DNA from: Candidatus Latescibacterota bacterium
GTDB taxonomy: Bacteria > Latescibacterota > UBA2968 > GCA-2709665
Direction of reading: 5' to 3'
Length of the DNA: 64,000 nt
NCBI GenBank assembly: GCA_965248435.1
Contig: OZ252100.1
Coordinates: 1,600,001 to 1,664,000 of the forward strand
In this document: positions 18,416 through 27,848 of the stretch, one piece after another
How the letters are laid out: each line of letters starts with the position of its first letter
Numbering within the stretch: position 1 is the stretch's first letter
The notes under the pieces: model-generated
What the model was told of the DNA's origin: nothing
Databases searched by the model: none
The model's input: the letters and a program-made list of their open reading frames with translations, nothing else
Translations under genes and position numbers: made by a program

Positions 18416-21400
18416 TCAAAACGTCGCCCTCATCTCCATCCGTCCCGCGTGAATCACCGGCCGTTCCGGCCGCACCCGCCCATCGTAGGTCGCAAACGCC
18501 GTCAGATATCGCGCCAATCGGTAATCCAGGCCGAGGCGCCAGACAACGTTCTGTCCCTCCCGATTTCCTTCCGCCAACCTGAGGAAGAGGGGCATCTGCC
18601 CCGTACTCGTAACCCTCACCCAGTCCATGCTTCCCCTGATCCGGCCCCGCCCCAGAAGCGCGCGCTGGAGCTCCGGACCTACAGAGAGCCGCCGCGCCTT
18701 GAGGGCACGGAGTTCTTCCTGGTCCCACCCCATCCCCAGACGCAACCCTGTACGCCACCCGCGGTCGATCCGCCAGCGCCCAAGCAAGGAAAAAGCGCTC
18801 GACTCGATCCCGTATGCAAACGGTCCTTCCCCTTCACGACCACGGCGACCACTCGACAGATCGGACTCCAGATCGAATCCCGCTCCGAATCGGAACCGAC
18901 CCCGCGCAGCCAGTTCCGAAAGGTGCGTTTGCCCGTCCTCTGAGAGGTTGCGGTCGAGTCCACTGCGCCGCCTGGAAGTGATCCGGAAGGAAGCCCGGCG
19001 GTTGTATCGGAACAGATGGAGCCTCGCGCGCCGTTCCCTCCCTGCGCTGAAGATCTCAGGGCCGGTCCTGAATCCCGAGAGGTCCCACGGGGCCACCCCG
19101 CTTTCTCCCGGGAAGACCTTCCGCGCCGCCTCCATCGAGAGGTCTACCGAAATCTCAGAAAGGAGACGCTGCCACTGCGCTTCAGGCGATCTCAGGAGAC
19201 GGTGACCGGCAACCTCGAAGCGCAGCCCGAGTGCCGCCTCCCGGACGGGCTGAAACCCGCCCTCGAATCCGTAATAGGGATCGAAGTCGCCGTGTGTGTC
19301 CGGCACGAACTCCTCCCGGTCCTCTTCCCCGTCGCCATCCACGTCTTCCCAGACAAAAGTGCCCTTTCCCTCCCCCACGAAGACAAAAACCGATTCTCGC
19401 CTGGGCGCACCTGTGCTCGAAATCCTGTAGGTGAACTGCTGCGAAAGTGCGCCGCCAAGGGGAGCGTAGGACAGGCGGACGCTCGCCAGATCCGCGTCTC
19501 GTCCTGAGCTGCTCGATGCGAGAAAGCGTGTCCGGCTGTACGCACCCGAGAGTGAAAGCCCCTTCCAGCCTTTCAGGTCTCCACGATTGACGAGCGACCA
19601 GCTCTTCAGGCTGTCCTGCCACGCGCCCTGCAGTCGTCGCGTCTCTTTGATCCCGAGATCGGTCGTCCACGACCACCTCCTGGCGTCGCTCTTGCTCAAC
19701 GTCCAACCCAGCTCCCGGGTCTTCACGCCTTCGGGGGTGTGAGTGCTCCCGATCGGGGAGGCGTAGAAAACGGACGCGTAGGCCGCCGCGTCGCCCAGCG
19801 CCGTCTCGGATTGGAATCGAAAGCCAGGTCGGACGCCCCAGATCTCCCCGGAAACATCGCCGTACTGACGAACCTGCTTACCGCCCCCCCTCGAAATTTC
19901 TTCAAAGCGATAGCCGACCTTCGTGGCGTCTGGACGGGAGAGGTTGAACCCCAACTCTCTTCTCGAGGCCGGATGGATCCCATCCTTGCGTCCATAACCC
20001 ACGTTCATCCTCATCCCCGTGCGCGGCAAGTACTCAAGTGCCATCTCCCCGGACCGTTCGCCCTGCCGTTCCTGTTCCGGGACCCATCCCCACTTCCCCT
20101 CGATATCCACCGGGTCAATTCGATCGAATGTTGAAAACTCCGAACCGATCTGTCGGTAATGCGTGCGCAGACGAACGCGCCCGACCTCGAGTCCTGACAA
20201 CCTCAAAGGGCCTGGTGCGAGATCGGCTCCGAACCGGAAGGCACGCCCGCGTTGATCTTGAGCTCCCGGTTGAAACGCGTCAGCGCTCCCTGAGCTCAGA
20301 CCCACCTCTCCGTTCAGCGTCAGACCCTGGAACGGGGCGTAAGAGGCATCCAGCACCGTCACCTGATGACGGGACACCGTGCCCGGATCACCCCCCGACG
20401 CGGGAATCGGTATCCCTGGCTGATCCGACTCCCTGATGAAGGTCGTCCCGATCTGAACGCGCCCCTCTGAAAGATCAGCTTCGCCCCGCAGCCCCATCAG
20501 CCGGCGCCTATGACCGCCGTGCAGGTACTGATATTCCACTGTAATCCGGGACTCTGCGGAAATCGGCCGAAAGGGCGTGAACGTCAGGAGCCCCCGCTCG
20601 TAGTCCACGACATAGTCCTGCCCTTCACCGCGTTTCAGCTTGCGGCCGTTCAGATAGACGCGCTCCGATCCCGGAACAATCTCCGTGGTGCCGCCCCCTT
20701 CATCACCTCCCGAAAGCCGGTAAGGTCCCTGGTAGCCTTCAACCGGAGCAACGCGGCGGGAAACCCATCGCCCCCTCGATACGGCGCCGAACGCCTTGAC
20801 GGTTCCGTAAGGAAGCGAGAACCCGAGGCTCGCGCCCTGCAGCTGTCTTCGATATCGCCCGAATGTCGTCTCGTTGAACACGACATCCTGATCGCCGAGA
20901 CCCGCATTGATCGATCTGGACCTGACTTGAAAATGGATCCTGTCGATCTCCTGAAGGCTTCGTGTACGGCCGCCGGACTGCAAAGGAAGGTCCTGGTCGG
21001 AAAGCATCGCCAGCAGCTCCACGCCTTCCGCAACCTCTCCCGATACCTGAACGCGGAGCGACTGGCGCAGCTCCGGACCACGGTTTGAGCCCATCGCAAC
21101 CTGAATCCGTTTGCTCCCACCGATCTCCAACCTCGGTTCCCCGACAGACGCCTGAGACCTTACCGTCCGACCGAGGTTGTGTTTGATGCGTTGAGTGCGT
21201 CTGACCGATCGCTGCGTTTCGATCGCCCGCTCGGTGCCCTGACGCCGCCTGTAGACTTGCCGAAGGACTTGAGGCAGCTGCCGGAACTTGACGGTCACTG
21301 GCGTACCCCTCGCAAGGTCCTCGAAAAAGCTCAGCAGGGCCTCGTCTTCCTCTATCAGGTAATCCTTGCCGCGCCGCTGCAGACGTCCCGCCACCCGGAC

Positions 21401-21964
21401 CGACTCGGAGGCATTCAGAATCGGGCGTTCGGAGATGCGGTAGGGACCCCGGCTTCCGTCTGCCTTGAACGTGCGCTCCACATCGAACAGCGTCACCGGC
21501 TTCTGATTTGGCACGTCACATAAACCTGGGTCGGGCATGTAGAGGAGAACGAAGAGAGCAAGGAATCCAGCGATCAGGGCCGCGGTGTGCGACTCCCTTG
21601 CACCTTCATTCCTTCTTCTCCCAAGGGGTTGGGGCCCTCTGTGGGACCGGGTGAGGAGCGGGGGTGGAGGTGCGGGCGAATGGACATTCGCGGGGCGGGT
21701 GCGGGTCCCACAGCGGGCATAAGGTGTTGGGAGGAGTTCAGCCCTTTTGCCGAGCCCGCCTATTCCACTGAGGGTGAGGTGCCGCGGACCGAGCCCCCGC
21801 GGCGCCTGAGCGGCGCCCTTCTTTTGCCTACTTTTCTTGTGGCGAGACAAGAAAAATAGGCCGCCGGGGGTTCGGGGTTCGGTGGAGTAGGGCGAATGCC
21901 TCAAGGATTCAAGAAACACGACTGTTTTTTCTCCGAAAACGAAGGACTGCTTGTCGTCAATCAC
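18416..21964 (-). CDS. Large predicted outer-membrane beta-barrel protein with SprA-like N-terminal motifs; true start uncertain
   Basis: Hydrophobic signal-like AGFLALFVLL, two GPYR...SE.V.(A/N)G..(L/Q).RG..DY.(I/V)(E/D) motifs, amphipathic beta-strand pattern, C-terminal MRATF. Confidence 0.7.
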   Translation of the reverse strand: MIDDKQSFVFGEKTVVFLESLRHSPYSTEPRTPGGLFFLSRHKKSRQKKGAAQAPRGLGPRHLTLSGIGGLGKRAELLPTPYARCGTRTRPANVHSPAPPPPLLTRSHRGPQPLGRRRNEGARESHTAALIAGFLALFVLLYMPDPGLCDVPNQKPVTLFDVERTFKADGSRGPYRISERPILNASESVRVAGRLQRRGKDYLIEEDEALLSFFEDLARGTPVTVKFRQLPQVLRQVYRRRQGTERAIETQRSVRRTQRIKHNLGRTVRSQASVGEPRLEIGGSKRIQVAMGSNRGPELRQSLRVQVSGEVAEGVELLAMLSDQDLPLQSGGRTRSLQEIDRIHFQVRSRSINAGLGDQDVVFNETTFGRYRRQLQGASLGFSLPYGTVKAFGAVSRGRWVSRRVAPVEGYQGPYRLSGGDEGGGTTEIVPGSERVYLNGRKLKRGEGQDYVVDYERGLLTFTPFRPISAESRITVEYQYLHGGHRRRLMGLRGEADLSEGRVQIGTTFIRESDQPGIPIPASGGDPGTVSRHQVTVLDASYAPFQGLTLNGEVGLSSGSADAFQPGAQDQRGRAFRFGADLAPGPLRLSGLEVGRVRLRTHYRQIGSEFSTFDRIDPVDIEGKWGWVPEQERQGERSGEMALEYLPRTGMRMNVGYGRKDGIHPASRRELGFNLSRPDATKVGYRFEEISRGGGKQVRQYGDVSGEIWGVRPGFRFQSETALGDAAAYASVFYASPIGSTHTPEGVKTRELGWTLSKSDARRWSWTTDLGIKETRRLQGAWQDSLKSWSLVNRGDLKGWKGLSLSGAYSRTRFLASSSSGRDADLASVRLSYAPLGGALSQQFTYRISSTGAPRRESVFVFVGEGKGTFVWEDVDGDGEEDREEFVPDTHGDFDPYYGFEGGFQPVREAALGLRFEVAGHRLLRSPEAQWQRLLSEISVDLSMEAARKVFPGESGVAPWDLSGFRTGPEIFSAGRERRARLHLFRYNRRASFRITSRRRSGLDRNLSEDGQTHLSELAARGRFRFGAGFDLESDLSSGRRGREGEGPFAYGIESSAFSLLGRWRIDRGWRTGLRLGMGWDQEELRALKARRLSVGPELQRALLGRGRIRGSMDWVRVTSTGQMPLFLRLAEGNREGQNVVWRLGLDYRLARYLTAFATYDGRVRPERPVIHAGRMEMRATF
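21572..21870. repeat. ~300-bp dispersed repeat, copy 2
   Basis: Same ends and interior as 18012-18326, with scattered substitutions and a small indel. Confidence 0.85.
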
Positions 21965-22121
21965 GTGGCAATAGGACTCCGTGGCCTTTTCGAACGACGA
22001 ATCGGTCGTGTCCCACAGGACACGACCTGAGACGAACGACGGTTGCCGTCACCAACAAAAAAGGGACATCCCTACCCGCAGGCAGAATATCCCGGCGACT
22101 GGATCTATCCCCCTGATTCGC

Positions 22122-23078
22122 TCATTTTCTCAGGACGAGAACTCGAAACATTTGGACGCGGCTGTTTCCCGAGTCCAACACGTAAAGCACGTCGTTGGGC
22201 CCCATCGCCACCCCCCTGGGCTGATTAAAGGCGTCGGGGTCCGCCCCCGCCCGGGGACCGCCGAACCGATCCACGAACGTTTTGTTCTTCAGATCATACA
22301 CAATGATTCGGTGATGTCCGGTATCTGCGACGAAGAGCGTCTGCTTGGGGCCGAGGCAGAGTCCGCTCGGCTCCGAGAGCGAACCGTCACCCAAACTCCA
22401 CTTGAAGCTGCCGAATGCGTCGAATATCGCCACACGGCCGTTCTCGCCGTCGCTCACGTAGACATCCCCTTTTTCGCCTACCGTGATCCCGAGGGGCCGA
22501 CGCAATTTTCCCGAGCCGTATCCGTATCCGCCAAAGGTCCGATCCGTTGTACTGTAGCTACTGATCTGAATAATCTGGTCCGCGTCCGTGTCGCTCACAA
22601 AAATCTCACCGTCCAGCGAAACGGCGATGCCGCCGAGGGACGCCAGGGGGTGCGGACCTTCCACGTCACGTCCACCGACGACTGCCAGAAGCTGAAGGTG
22701 GGGACCAAAGATCTGGATCCTGTCGTTCCGGCTGTCGGCGACGTAGATTTTTAGACCCCTGGGCGTAGCCAGGCCGACCGGCTCGTTGAACCGAGCGTCC
22801 TCCCACCCGAAACCACCGACTTCGGAGTGGTAATTTCCTTTCAAATCGAACTTCTGGACCCTGTCGTTCCCTGTATCGGCTACATAGACCATGCCCAGCG
22901 GCCCGACTGCGATTCCCCCGGGCTGATGAAACTGCCCTTCTCCGCTCCCTTTTTGACCAAAGGAAGAGACGAACCGAAGGGCTACCTGCGGCGGCGCAAC
23001 CTCCCCAGCGAAAACGACGGCGGGAATCAGGACTCCCGCGACCGCGTGTCGAAAACCTATACCCCCCATCCTGGACAT
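22122..23078 (-). CDS. Secreted NHL-repeat (6-bladed beta-propeller) protein
   Basis: Signal peptide followed by repeated F..P.GI....vYVAD.gN.RVQ.F units. Confidence 0.88.
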   Translation of the reverse strand: MSRMGGIGFRHAVAGVLIPAVVFAGEVAPPQVALRFVSSFGQKGSGEGQFHQPGGIAVGPLGMVYVADTGNDRVQKFDLKGNYHSEVGGFGWEDARFNEPVGLATPRGLKIYVADSRNDRIQIFGPHLQLLAVVGGRDVEGPHPLASLGGIAVSLDGEIFVSDTDADQIIQISSYSTTDRTFGGYGYGSGKLRRPLGITVGEKGDVYVSDGENGRVAIFDAFGSFKWSLGDGSLSEPSGLCLGPKQTLFVADTGHHRIIVYDLKNKTFVDRFGGPRAGADPDAFNQPRGVAMGPNDVLYVLDSGNSRVQMFRVLVLRK

Positions 23079-23115
23079 CCCTCCTGTCCGCTGCGGCCGC
23101 CGGTGACGGTTGCGG

Positions 23116-24342
23116 CTACAGTTTGAGATTTTCCTCCAGACTCTTCACGGCCCTCGCCACATCCTCCCGGTGTCCGAAAGCACTGAGCCTGAAGTAGCCC
23201 TCACCGCTCGGCCCGAAGCCCGTGCCGGGCGTACCCACGACGTGCGCCTCGCTCAGGAGCTTATCGAAGAATGCCCACGAACTCATCCCACCAGGCGTCC
23301 GAATCCAAACGTAAGGGGCGTGCCTCCCCCCGAACACTTTCAACCCCAGTGCTTCAACGGCTTGCCGGATCAGGGCGGCATTCTCCATGTAGTAGCTCGC
23401 CAGAACACCGCACTCGCGCTGGCCCGCTTCCGAGAGGACGCCGAGCCCGCCTTCCTGAACGATGTTCGAGGCCCCGTTGAACATCGTATTCTGTCGTCTG
23501 GTCCACATCGACCTCAGCGTTCCGGGTTCCGCATCTTCGGCCACGAGGTCGGCCGGAACGACGCTCCATCCCAATCTGACCCCCGTAAACCCGGCGATCT
23601 TGGAAAAACTGCTTATCTCGATCGCACACCGCTTGGCGCCCGGGATCTCATAGATGCTCCTCGGCAGGTCCGGGTCCGAGATGAAGGGTGCGTATGCCGC
23701 ATCGAAAAGGATAACGGCGAGATTCCGGGTCGCAAAATCAACGAGACCTTCCAGGTTTTCTCGGGTTGCGACCGCGCCCGTCGGATTGTTCGGACTGCAG
23801 ACGTAGATCAGGTCGACCTTCTGTTCCGGAAGGTCTGGGAAGAACCCGTTCTCTTCGGTGCACGGCATGTAAACCAGGCCTTCATACTGATCCTTTTCGC
23901 AGTTCCCGGTCCGGCCGGCCATCACATTGCTCTCTACATAGACCGGATAGGCCGGGTCCTGCACGGCCACGACATTATCCAGGCCGAATATCGATTGGAT
24001 GTTGGCAGAATCCGACTTTGCACCGTCGCTCACGAATATCTCGTCGGCATCGACCGTCGCACCCATCTTACCATAGTGTGCGGCAAGCGCCTCTCGCAGC
24101 TCAACATTGCCCTCCGAGCCATCCGCGTAGCCCGTGTAGGTCTCGACGTCTCCGAGCTTGTCGACCCCGCTGCGGAGCGCCGAGATCACCGCCGGCGTCA
24201 ACGGCTCGGTCGTATTTCCGATACCCAGTCGCATCACCTCCACACCCGGGTTCGAATCCAGGAAGGCCCGAGTCCGTTTCGCGATCTCCGGAAACAGGTA
24301 TCCTGAAGCCAGCTTGCCAAAGTTCTTATTGATTCGCGCCAT
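23116..24342 (-). CDS. dapL: LL-diaminopimelate aminotransferase
   Basis: GYLFPEI, LGIGN, VSDGAKSD, CSPNNPTG, SFSKIAGFTGVRLG, TPGTGFGPSGEGYFRLSAFG. Confidence 0.95.
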   Translation of the reverse strand: MARINKNFGKLASGYLFPEIAKRTRAFLDSNPGVEVMRLGIGNTTEPLTPAVISALRSGVDKLGDVETYTGYADGSEGNVELREALAAHYGKMGATVDADEIFVSDGAKSDSANIQSIFGLDNVVAVQDPAYPVYVESNVMAGRTGNCEKDQYEGLVYMPCTEENGFFPDLPEQKVDLIYVCSPNNPTGAVATRENLEGLVDFATRNLAVILFDAAYAPFISDPDLPRSIYEIPGAKRCAIEISSFSKIAGFTGVRLGWSVVPADLVAEDAEPGTLRSMWTRRQNTMFNGASNIVQEGGLGVLSEAGQRECGVLASYYMENAALIRQAVEALGLKVFGGRHAPYVWIRTPGGMSSWAFFDKLLSEAHVVGTPGTGFGPSGEGYFRLSAFGHREDVARAVKSLEENLKL

Positions 24343-24456
24343 GCTTAGAGAATCTTCCTCATTCATTAAGTCATTAGCCGACTCGTCTTCTACTTCAATG
24401 TTTCAGCTCCACCGACTCCATTCTCCTGGCACTTCTGCTCTTCTTTCTCGCCAGAA

Positions 24457-24485
24457 AATATACGTTCCCGCCCCGGCAATGTCAA
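24457..24485 (-). promoter_or_regulatory. sigma70-type promoter for dapL and the downstream outer-membrane genes
   Basis: TTGACA-17 nt-TATATT on the minus strand. Confidence 0.6.
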
Positions 24486-24579
24486 AAACCCTCCCCGCGA
24501 GCAGCATCCCGCTTAAAACGAAAAACGCCGCCTCCAGTCTTCCAGAAGCGGCGATGCACGAGAGTCGAAACACTCAGGT

Positions 24580-25137
24580 TCAAACTTCCATAATCTCTTC
24601 TTCCTTTTCAGCAAGAATCCCGTCGATCTCTTTGATAAACTCGTCGGTCAATTTTTGCACCTCTTCCTGTCCTTTCTTGGATTCGTCTTCCGGTACATCC
24701 CCCTCTTTCTGAGCCTCTTTGAGTAGATCGTTAGCATCGCGGCGGGCATTCCGCACCGAGATCCGTCCCTCTTCCGCCATATGTCTGACGATCTTCACGA
24801 TCTCTTTTCGGCGTTCCTCTGTCAGCTGCGGTATCGGAAGACGAATGTTGGTCCCGTCGTTCGCTGGAACCAGTCCGAGGTTTGAGTTCATGATCCCCTT
24901 TTCGATCTGGGGGATAACCGTTTTGTCCCACGGCTGAATAACGATCAAACGCGGTTCCGGGGACCCCACGTTGGCCACCTGATTGATCGGTACCTGGGAT
25001 CCGTAATACTCAACCCGAATGCTGTCAAGTAAACCGACGTTGGCCCGCCCGGTTCTAACGGTGAGCGTCTCGTCTCGAAATGCCCCTACAGACTTTCGCA
25101 TCTCGGTTCTGGTCTCCGAGAGAATCTCTTTGACCAT
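24580..25137 (-). CDS. frr: Ribosome recycling factor
   Basis: RTGRAN, YYG..PINQVA, QPWDK, LTEERRKE, RNARRDAN. Confidence 0.97.
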   Translation of the reverse strand: MVKEILSETRTEMRKSVGAFRDETLTVRTGRANVGLLDSIRVEYYGSQVPINQVANVGSPEPRLIVIQPWDKTVIPQIEKGIMNSNLGLVPANDGTNIRLPIPQLTEERRKEIVKIVRHMAEEGRISVRNARRDANDLLKEAQKEGDVPEDESKKGQEEVQKLTDEFIKEIDGILAEKEEEIMEV

Positions 25138-25147
25138 GCCGCTCCCC

Positions 25148-25747
25148 TCAACTTTCTTCTCCAAGTACGAACCGCGCGAAGCGCCTGACCGTGACGTTTT
25201 CTCCGCACTTAGCCTTCAGCTCCGTCACCAGATCATTTATGGTCTTCTCTGGGTCCTTTACAAAGGGCTGTTCCAGCAGGCAGGCATCTTCAAAGTACTT
25301 CTCCAGGCGCCCTTCCACAATGCGCTCGATCACCTTTTCAGGCTTTCCTTCCCCGAGGGCCTGTTCCTTGAAAATGGATCGTTCCCTCTCCACGAGGTCG
25401 GGATTCAAGTCCTCTCTGCTTACAGCCAGCGGCGCGGTCGCAGCGATGTGCATGGCCAGATCTCGGGAAAAATCCTGAAATTCATCTGTCCGTGCCACAA
25501 AGTCCGTCTCACTGTTTACCTCGACCATAACGCCCAGCTTGTTTCCAGTATGAATGTAGGAAGTGATCACCCCTTCCTTCGCAACCCGGCCCATCCGATC
25601 CTCGGACTTGGCGATACCCCGGGAGCGCAGGATCTCGATCGCCTTCTCCGTGTCCCCATCGGCCTCCTCCAGCGCCCTTTTGCAATCCATCATTCCTACG
25701 TTGGTCTTCTGGCGCAGTTCCTGAACTTCCTTTGCAGAAATCCCCAT
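25148..25747 (-). CDS. tsf: Elongation factor Ts (short ~199-aa form)
   Basis: LRQKTNVGMMDCKRAL, EVNSETDFVA, LLEQPFVKDP, RRFARF. Confidence 0.96.
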   Translation of the reverse strand: MGISAKEVQELRQKTNVGMMDCKRALEEADGDTEKAIEILRSRGIAKSEDRMGRVAKEGVITSYIHTGNKLGVMVEVNSETDFVARTDEFQDFSRDLAMHIAATAPLAVSREDLNPDLVERERSIFKEQALGEGKPEKVIERIVEGRLEKYFEDACLLEQPFVKDPEKTINDLVTELKAKCGENVTVRRFARFVLGEES

Positions 25748-25763
25748 CAGCCACCCTTGAATC

Positions 25764-26546
25764 TTAGCGTTTGCCCGTATCCACGATTTCGGTAATCTCG
25801 GTACTCGCGACCGCAATTTCCGGCTTGCCGACTTCTTCAGACGCCTGCCCGATATGCTCCTCGCGCACCTTCTGGCCCTCGAGGATGGCGTCCGCCATAA
25901 TACGGGTGATGAGCATGATCGACCTGATCGCATCATCGTTGCCCGGTATGGGATGCTCAATCTCGTCTGGATCGCAGTTCGTGTCCACGAGGGCGACAAT
26001 CGGAATTTCCAGCCGATTGGCCTCACCCACCGCGATCTTCTCCTTTCGAGTGTCCACAACAACGGCGAGCCCCGGGAGACGACCCATATCCCGGATGCCG
26101 CCCATGGACCTTTGGAGCTTTTCTCGCTCCCTCTCGAGCTGGAGTACTTCCTTCTTCTTCAAGTGCTCATACGAACCATCCCCGCTCATCTTGTCGAGAC
26201 CCTCTAGACGTCGGATGGACTGACGAATCGTCTGGTAGTTTGTGAGCATGCCGCCCAACCAGCGTTCGGTCACGTGAAACATCCCGCATCTCTCGGCCTC
26301 CCGACGCACAACCTCTTTAGACTGCTTCTTCGTGCCCACGAACAGGATGGCTTCACCGTTCTCCGCGGCTTCGCGAACCGCCTCGTAAGCAGTTTCGATC
26401 AGCTTGAGCGTCTTTTGGAGATCGACGATATATATGCCGTTGCGCTCCGTGAAGATGTACTTCCTCATCTTCGGATTCCACCTTCGGGTCTGGTGTCCGA
26501 AGTGTACTCCGGCTTCAAGAAGCTCTTTCATGGTTACAACAGCCAT
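25764..26546 (-). CDS. rpsB: 30S ribosomal protein S2
   Basis: [43 protein letters not shown]. Confidence 0.98.
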   Translation of the reverse strand: MAVVTMKELLEAGVHFGHQTRRWNPKMRKYIFTERNGIYIVDLQKTLKLIETAYEAVREAAENGEAILFVGTKKQSKEVVRREAERCGMFHVTERWLGGMLTNYQTIRQSIRRLEGLDKMSGDGSYEHLKKKEVLQLEREREKLQRSMGGIRDMGRLPGLAVVVDTRKEKIAVGEANRLEIPIVALVDTNCDPDEIEHPIPGNDDAIRSIMLITRIMADAILEGQKVREEHIGQASEEVGKPEIAVASTEITEIVDTGKR

Positions 26547-26604
26547 TCAACCTCCAAGACGTGACAGTCAGTTGCCGCTTCGCATGCGTCCCAGTAAATT
26601 CACA

Positions 26605-27003
26605 CTACCGCTTGGAAAACTGGAAGCGACGCCGAGCGCCGGGCTGTCCCGGCTTCTTTCGCTCCACGACCCGCGGATCACGCGTCAGCAGGCCTGCCGA
26701 GCGCAGGGGTTTTCTCAACTCCTCATCGATGGCCACTAACCCCCTCGCGATCCCGAGACGAATCGCACCCGCCTGGCCGCTCAAGCCGCCACCTTTTGCA
26801 CGGGCGACAATGTCGTAGGTCCCCGTTGCTTCGGTAACGCCAAGCGGCTGTTCAATGATCATGACGAGGGTTTCCCGCCTCAGATAATCCAGGGCCTCTT
26901 TACCGTTGATGGTGATCTTTCCAGACCCCTCGAATAGCTCAACGTTCGCTGTGGCACTCTTTCGGCGGCCTGTCGCCGAAACAATCGCTTTGCTCAAACT
27001 CAC
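26605..27003 (-). CDS. rpsI: 30S ribosomal protein S9
   Basis: [32 protein letters not shown]. Confidence 0.98.
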   Translation of the reverse strand: MSLSKAIVSATGRRKSATANVELFEGSGKITINGKEALDYLRRETLVMIIEQPLGVTEATGTYDIVARAKGGGLSGQAGAIRLGIARGLVAIDEELRKPLRSAGLLTRDPRVVERKKPGQPGARRRFQFSKR

Positions 27004-27455
27004 CTCCGCTCAAAAGCATTCGAACCCACATCGATCGTCTCTGGGTTCTGAGCCTGATGTGGATGGTCGGGCCCGGCATAGATCCTTATCTTTTTCATCA
27101 TCTTTCGACCTAGCCGGTTCTTCGGAAGCATCCCTTTTACAGCGTGCTGGATCACGAGCTCCGGACGCTTCTCGAGCAGTTCACTCAAGCTTCGAGTCTT
27201 GAGACCGCTCGGGTAGCCACTATAGCTGGTATAAACCTTCTGGTCCGGTTTGTTGTTGCCTGTCACCTTTATGCTGGATGCGTTGATCACGACAACGTGG
27301 TCGCCTGTATCAACGTGAGGCGTGTAGATCGGTTTGTGTTTCCCTCTCAGAATCTTGGCCACCTCACTCGCAAACCGCCCGAGGACCTTTCCGTTCGCGT
27401 CGGCGATGTACCATTTTCGTTCCACTTCCTCTTTCTTGGCGCTTAGTGTCTTCAT
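27000..27455 (-). CDS. rplM: 50S ribosomal protein L13
   Basis: [45 protein letters not shown] before ATG 27455. Confidence 0.98.
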   Translation of the reverse strand: MKTLSAKKEEVERKWYIADANGKVLGRFASEVAKILRGKHKPIYTPHVDTGDHVVVINASSIKVTGNNKPDQKVYTSYSGYPSGLKTRSLSELLEKRPELVIQHAVKGMLPKNRLGRKMMKKIRIYAGPDHPHQAQNPETIDVGSNAFERR

Positions 27456-27504
27456 CTGACCAGATCTTCTCCTCGAATGCAGGTTAGGGCAAGTTGAGCC
27501 TTTA

Positions 27505-27532
27505 AAAATACGATTCCGGCCCTGTTTGTCAA
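27505..27532 (-). promoter_or_regulatory. Probable proximal promoter of the rplM operon
   Basis: TTGACA-16 nt-TATTTT on the minus strand. Confidence 0.5.
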
Positions 27533-27555
27533 GCAGTAAGAGACCCGAACCTGTT

Positions 27556-27614
27556 GAAAATAAAAGGCGTCGCACGGCGGGAATCCGGGTGTCCGGTCCA
27601 TCTCCGTGCGACGC
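27556..27614 (-). terminator. Intrinsic terminator upstream of rplM
   Basis: 11-bp stem GCGTCGCACGG/CCGTGCGACGC with a large loop, followed by CTTTTATTTTC. Confidence 0.65.
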
Positions 27615-27630
27615 ATAACGTTCGACAGCA

Positions 27631-27770
27631 TCCATCTCGCGGTCTGTGAAACTTAAAGACCGCCCAAAAGGACGGATTGCGTGCCGTTCGGTGACTGTTT
27701 AGATTCGCCAGGTGCGCTGCCAAACGAGATGGAATCCCGCTCCTGGCGAGCGCATCTAACTACAGCCACC
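27631..27770 (-). ncRNA. Candidate structured RNA or leader
   Basis: Long hairpin GGTGGCTG/CAGTCACC, TTAGAT/ATCTAA, TCGCCAGG/CCTGGCGA. Loop TCCATCTCG is complementary to downstream CGAGATGGA. Extra hairpin GCGGTCT/AGACCGC. Confidence 0.5.
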
Positions 27771-27791
27771 TCCACTGGTCTCATCGCTCAT
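27756..27791 (-). CDS. Candidate 11-aa peptide MSDETSGGGCS
   Basis: 10-nt SD AAAGGAGGTG 5 nt before the ATG, directly downstream of a consensus-like promoter. Confidence 0.5.
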   Translation of the reverse strand: MSDETSGGGCS

Positions 27792-27819
27792 TCGACCACC
27801 TCCTTTCCGTGTAACCGCA

Positions 27820-27848
27820 AATATAGGTGATCGTTTAGGGCAAGTCAA
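27820..27848 (-). promoter_or_regulatory. sigma70-type promoter for the small-ORF/RNA unit
   Basis: TTGACT-17 nt-TATATT, overlapping the dppC stop codon. Confidence 0.6.

Noticed and set aside
18387-18758. N-terminal extension of the 823-aa Omp85 ORF
   Set aside because: It overlaps the upstream gene by >300 nt, and a better SD+ATG exists at 18386.
25748-26062. Extended starts for tsf (also rplM, nadC, birA, coaX, iolD) in the ORF track
   Set aside because: They overlap neighbours or repeats. Family homology and SD positions indicate the downstream starts.
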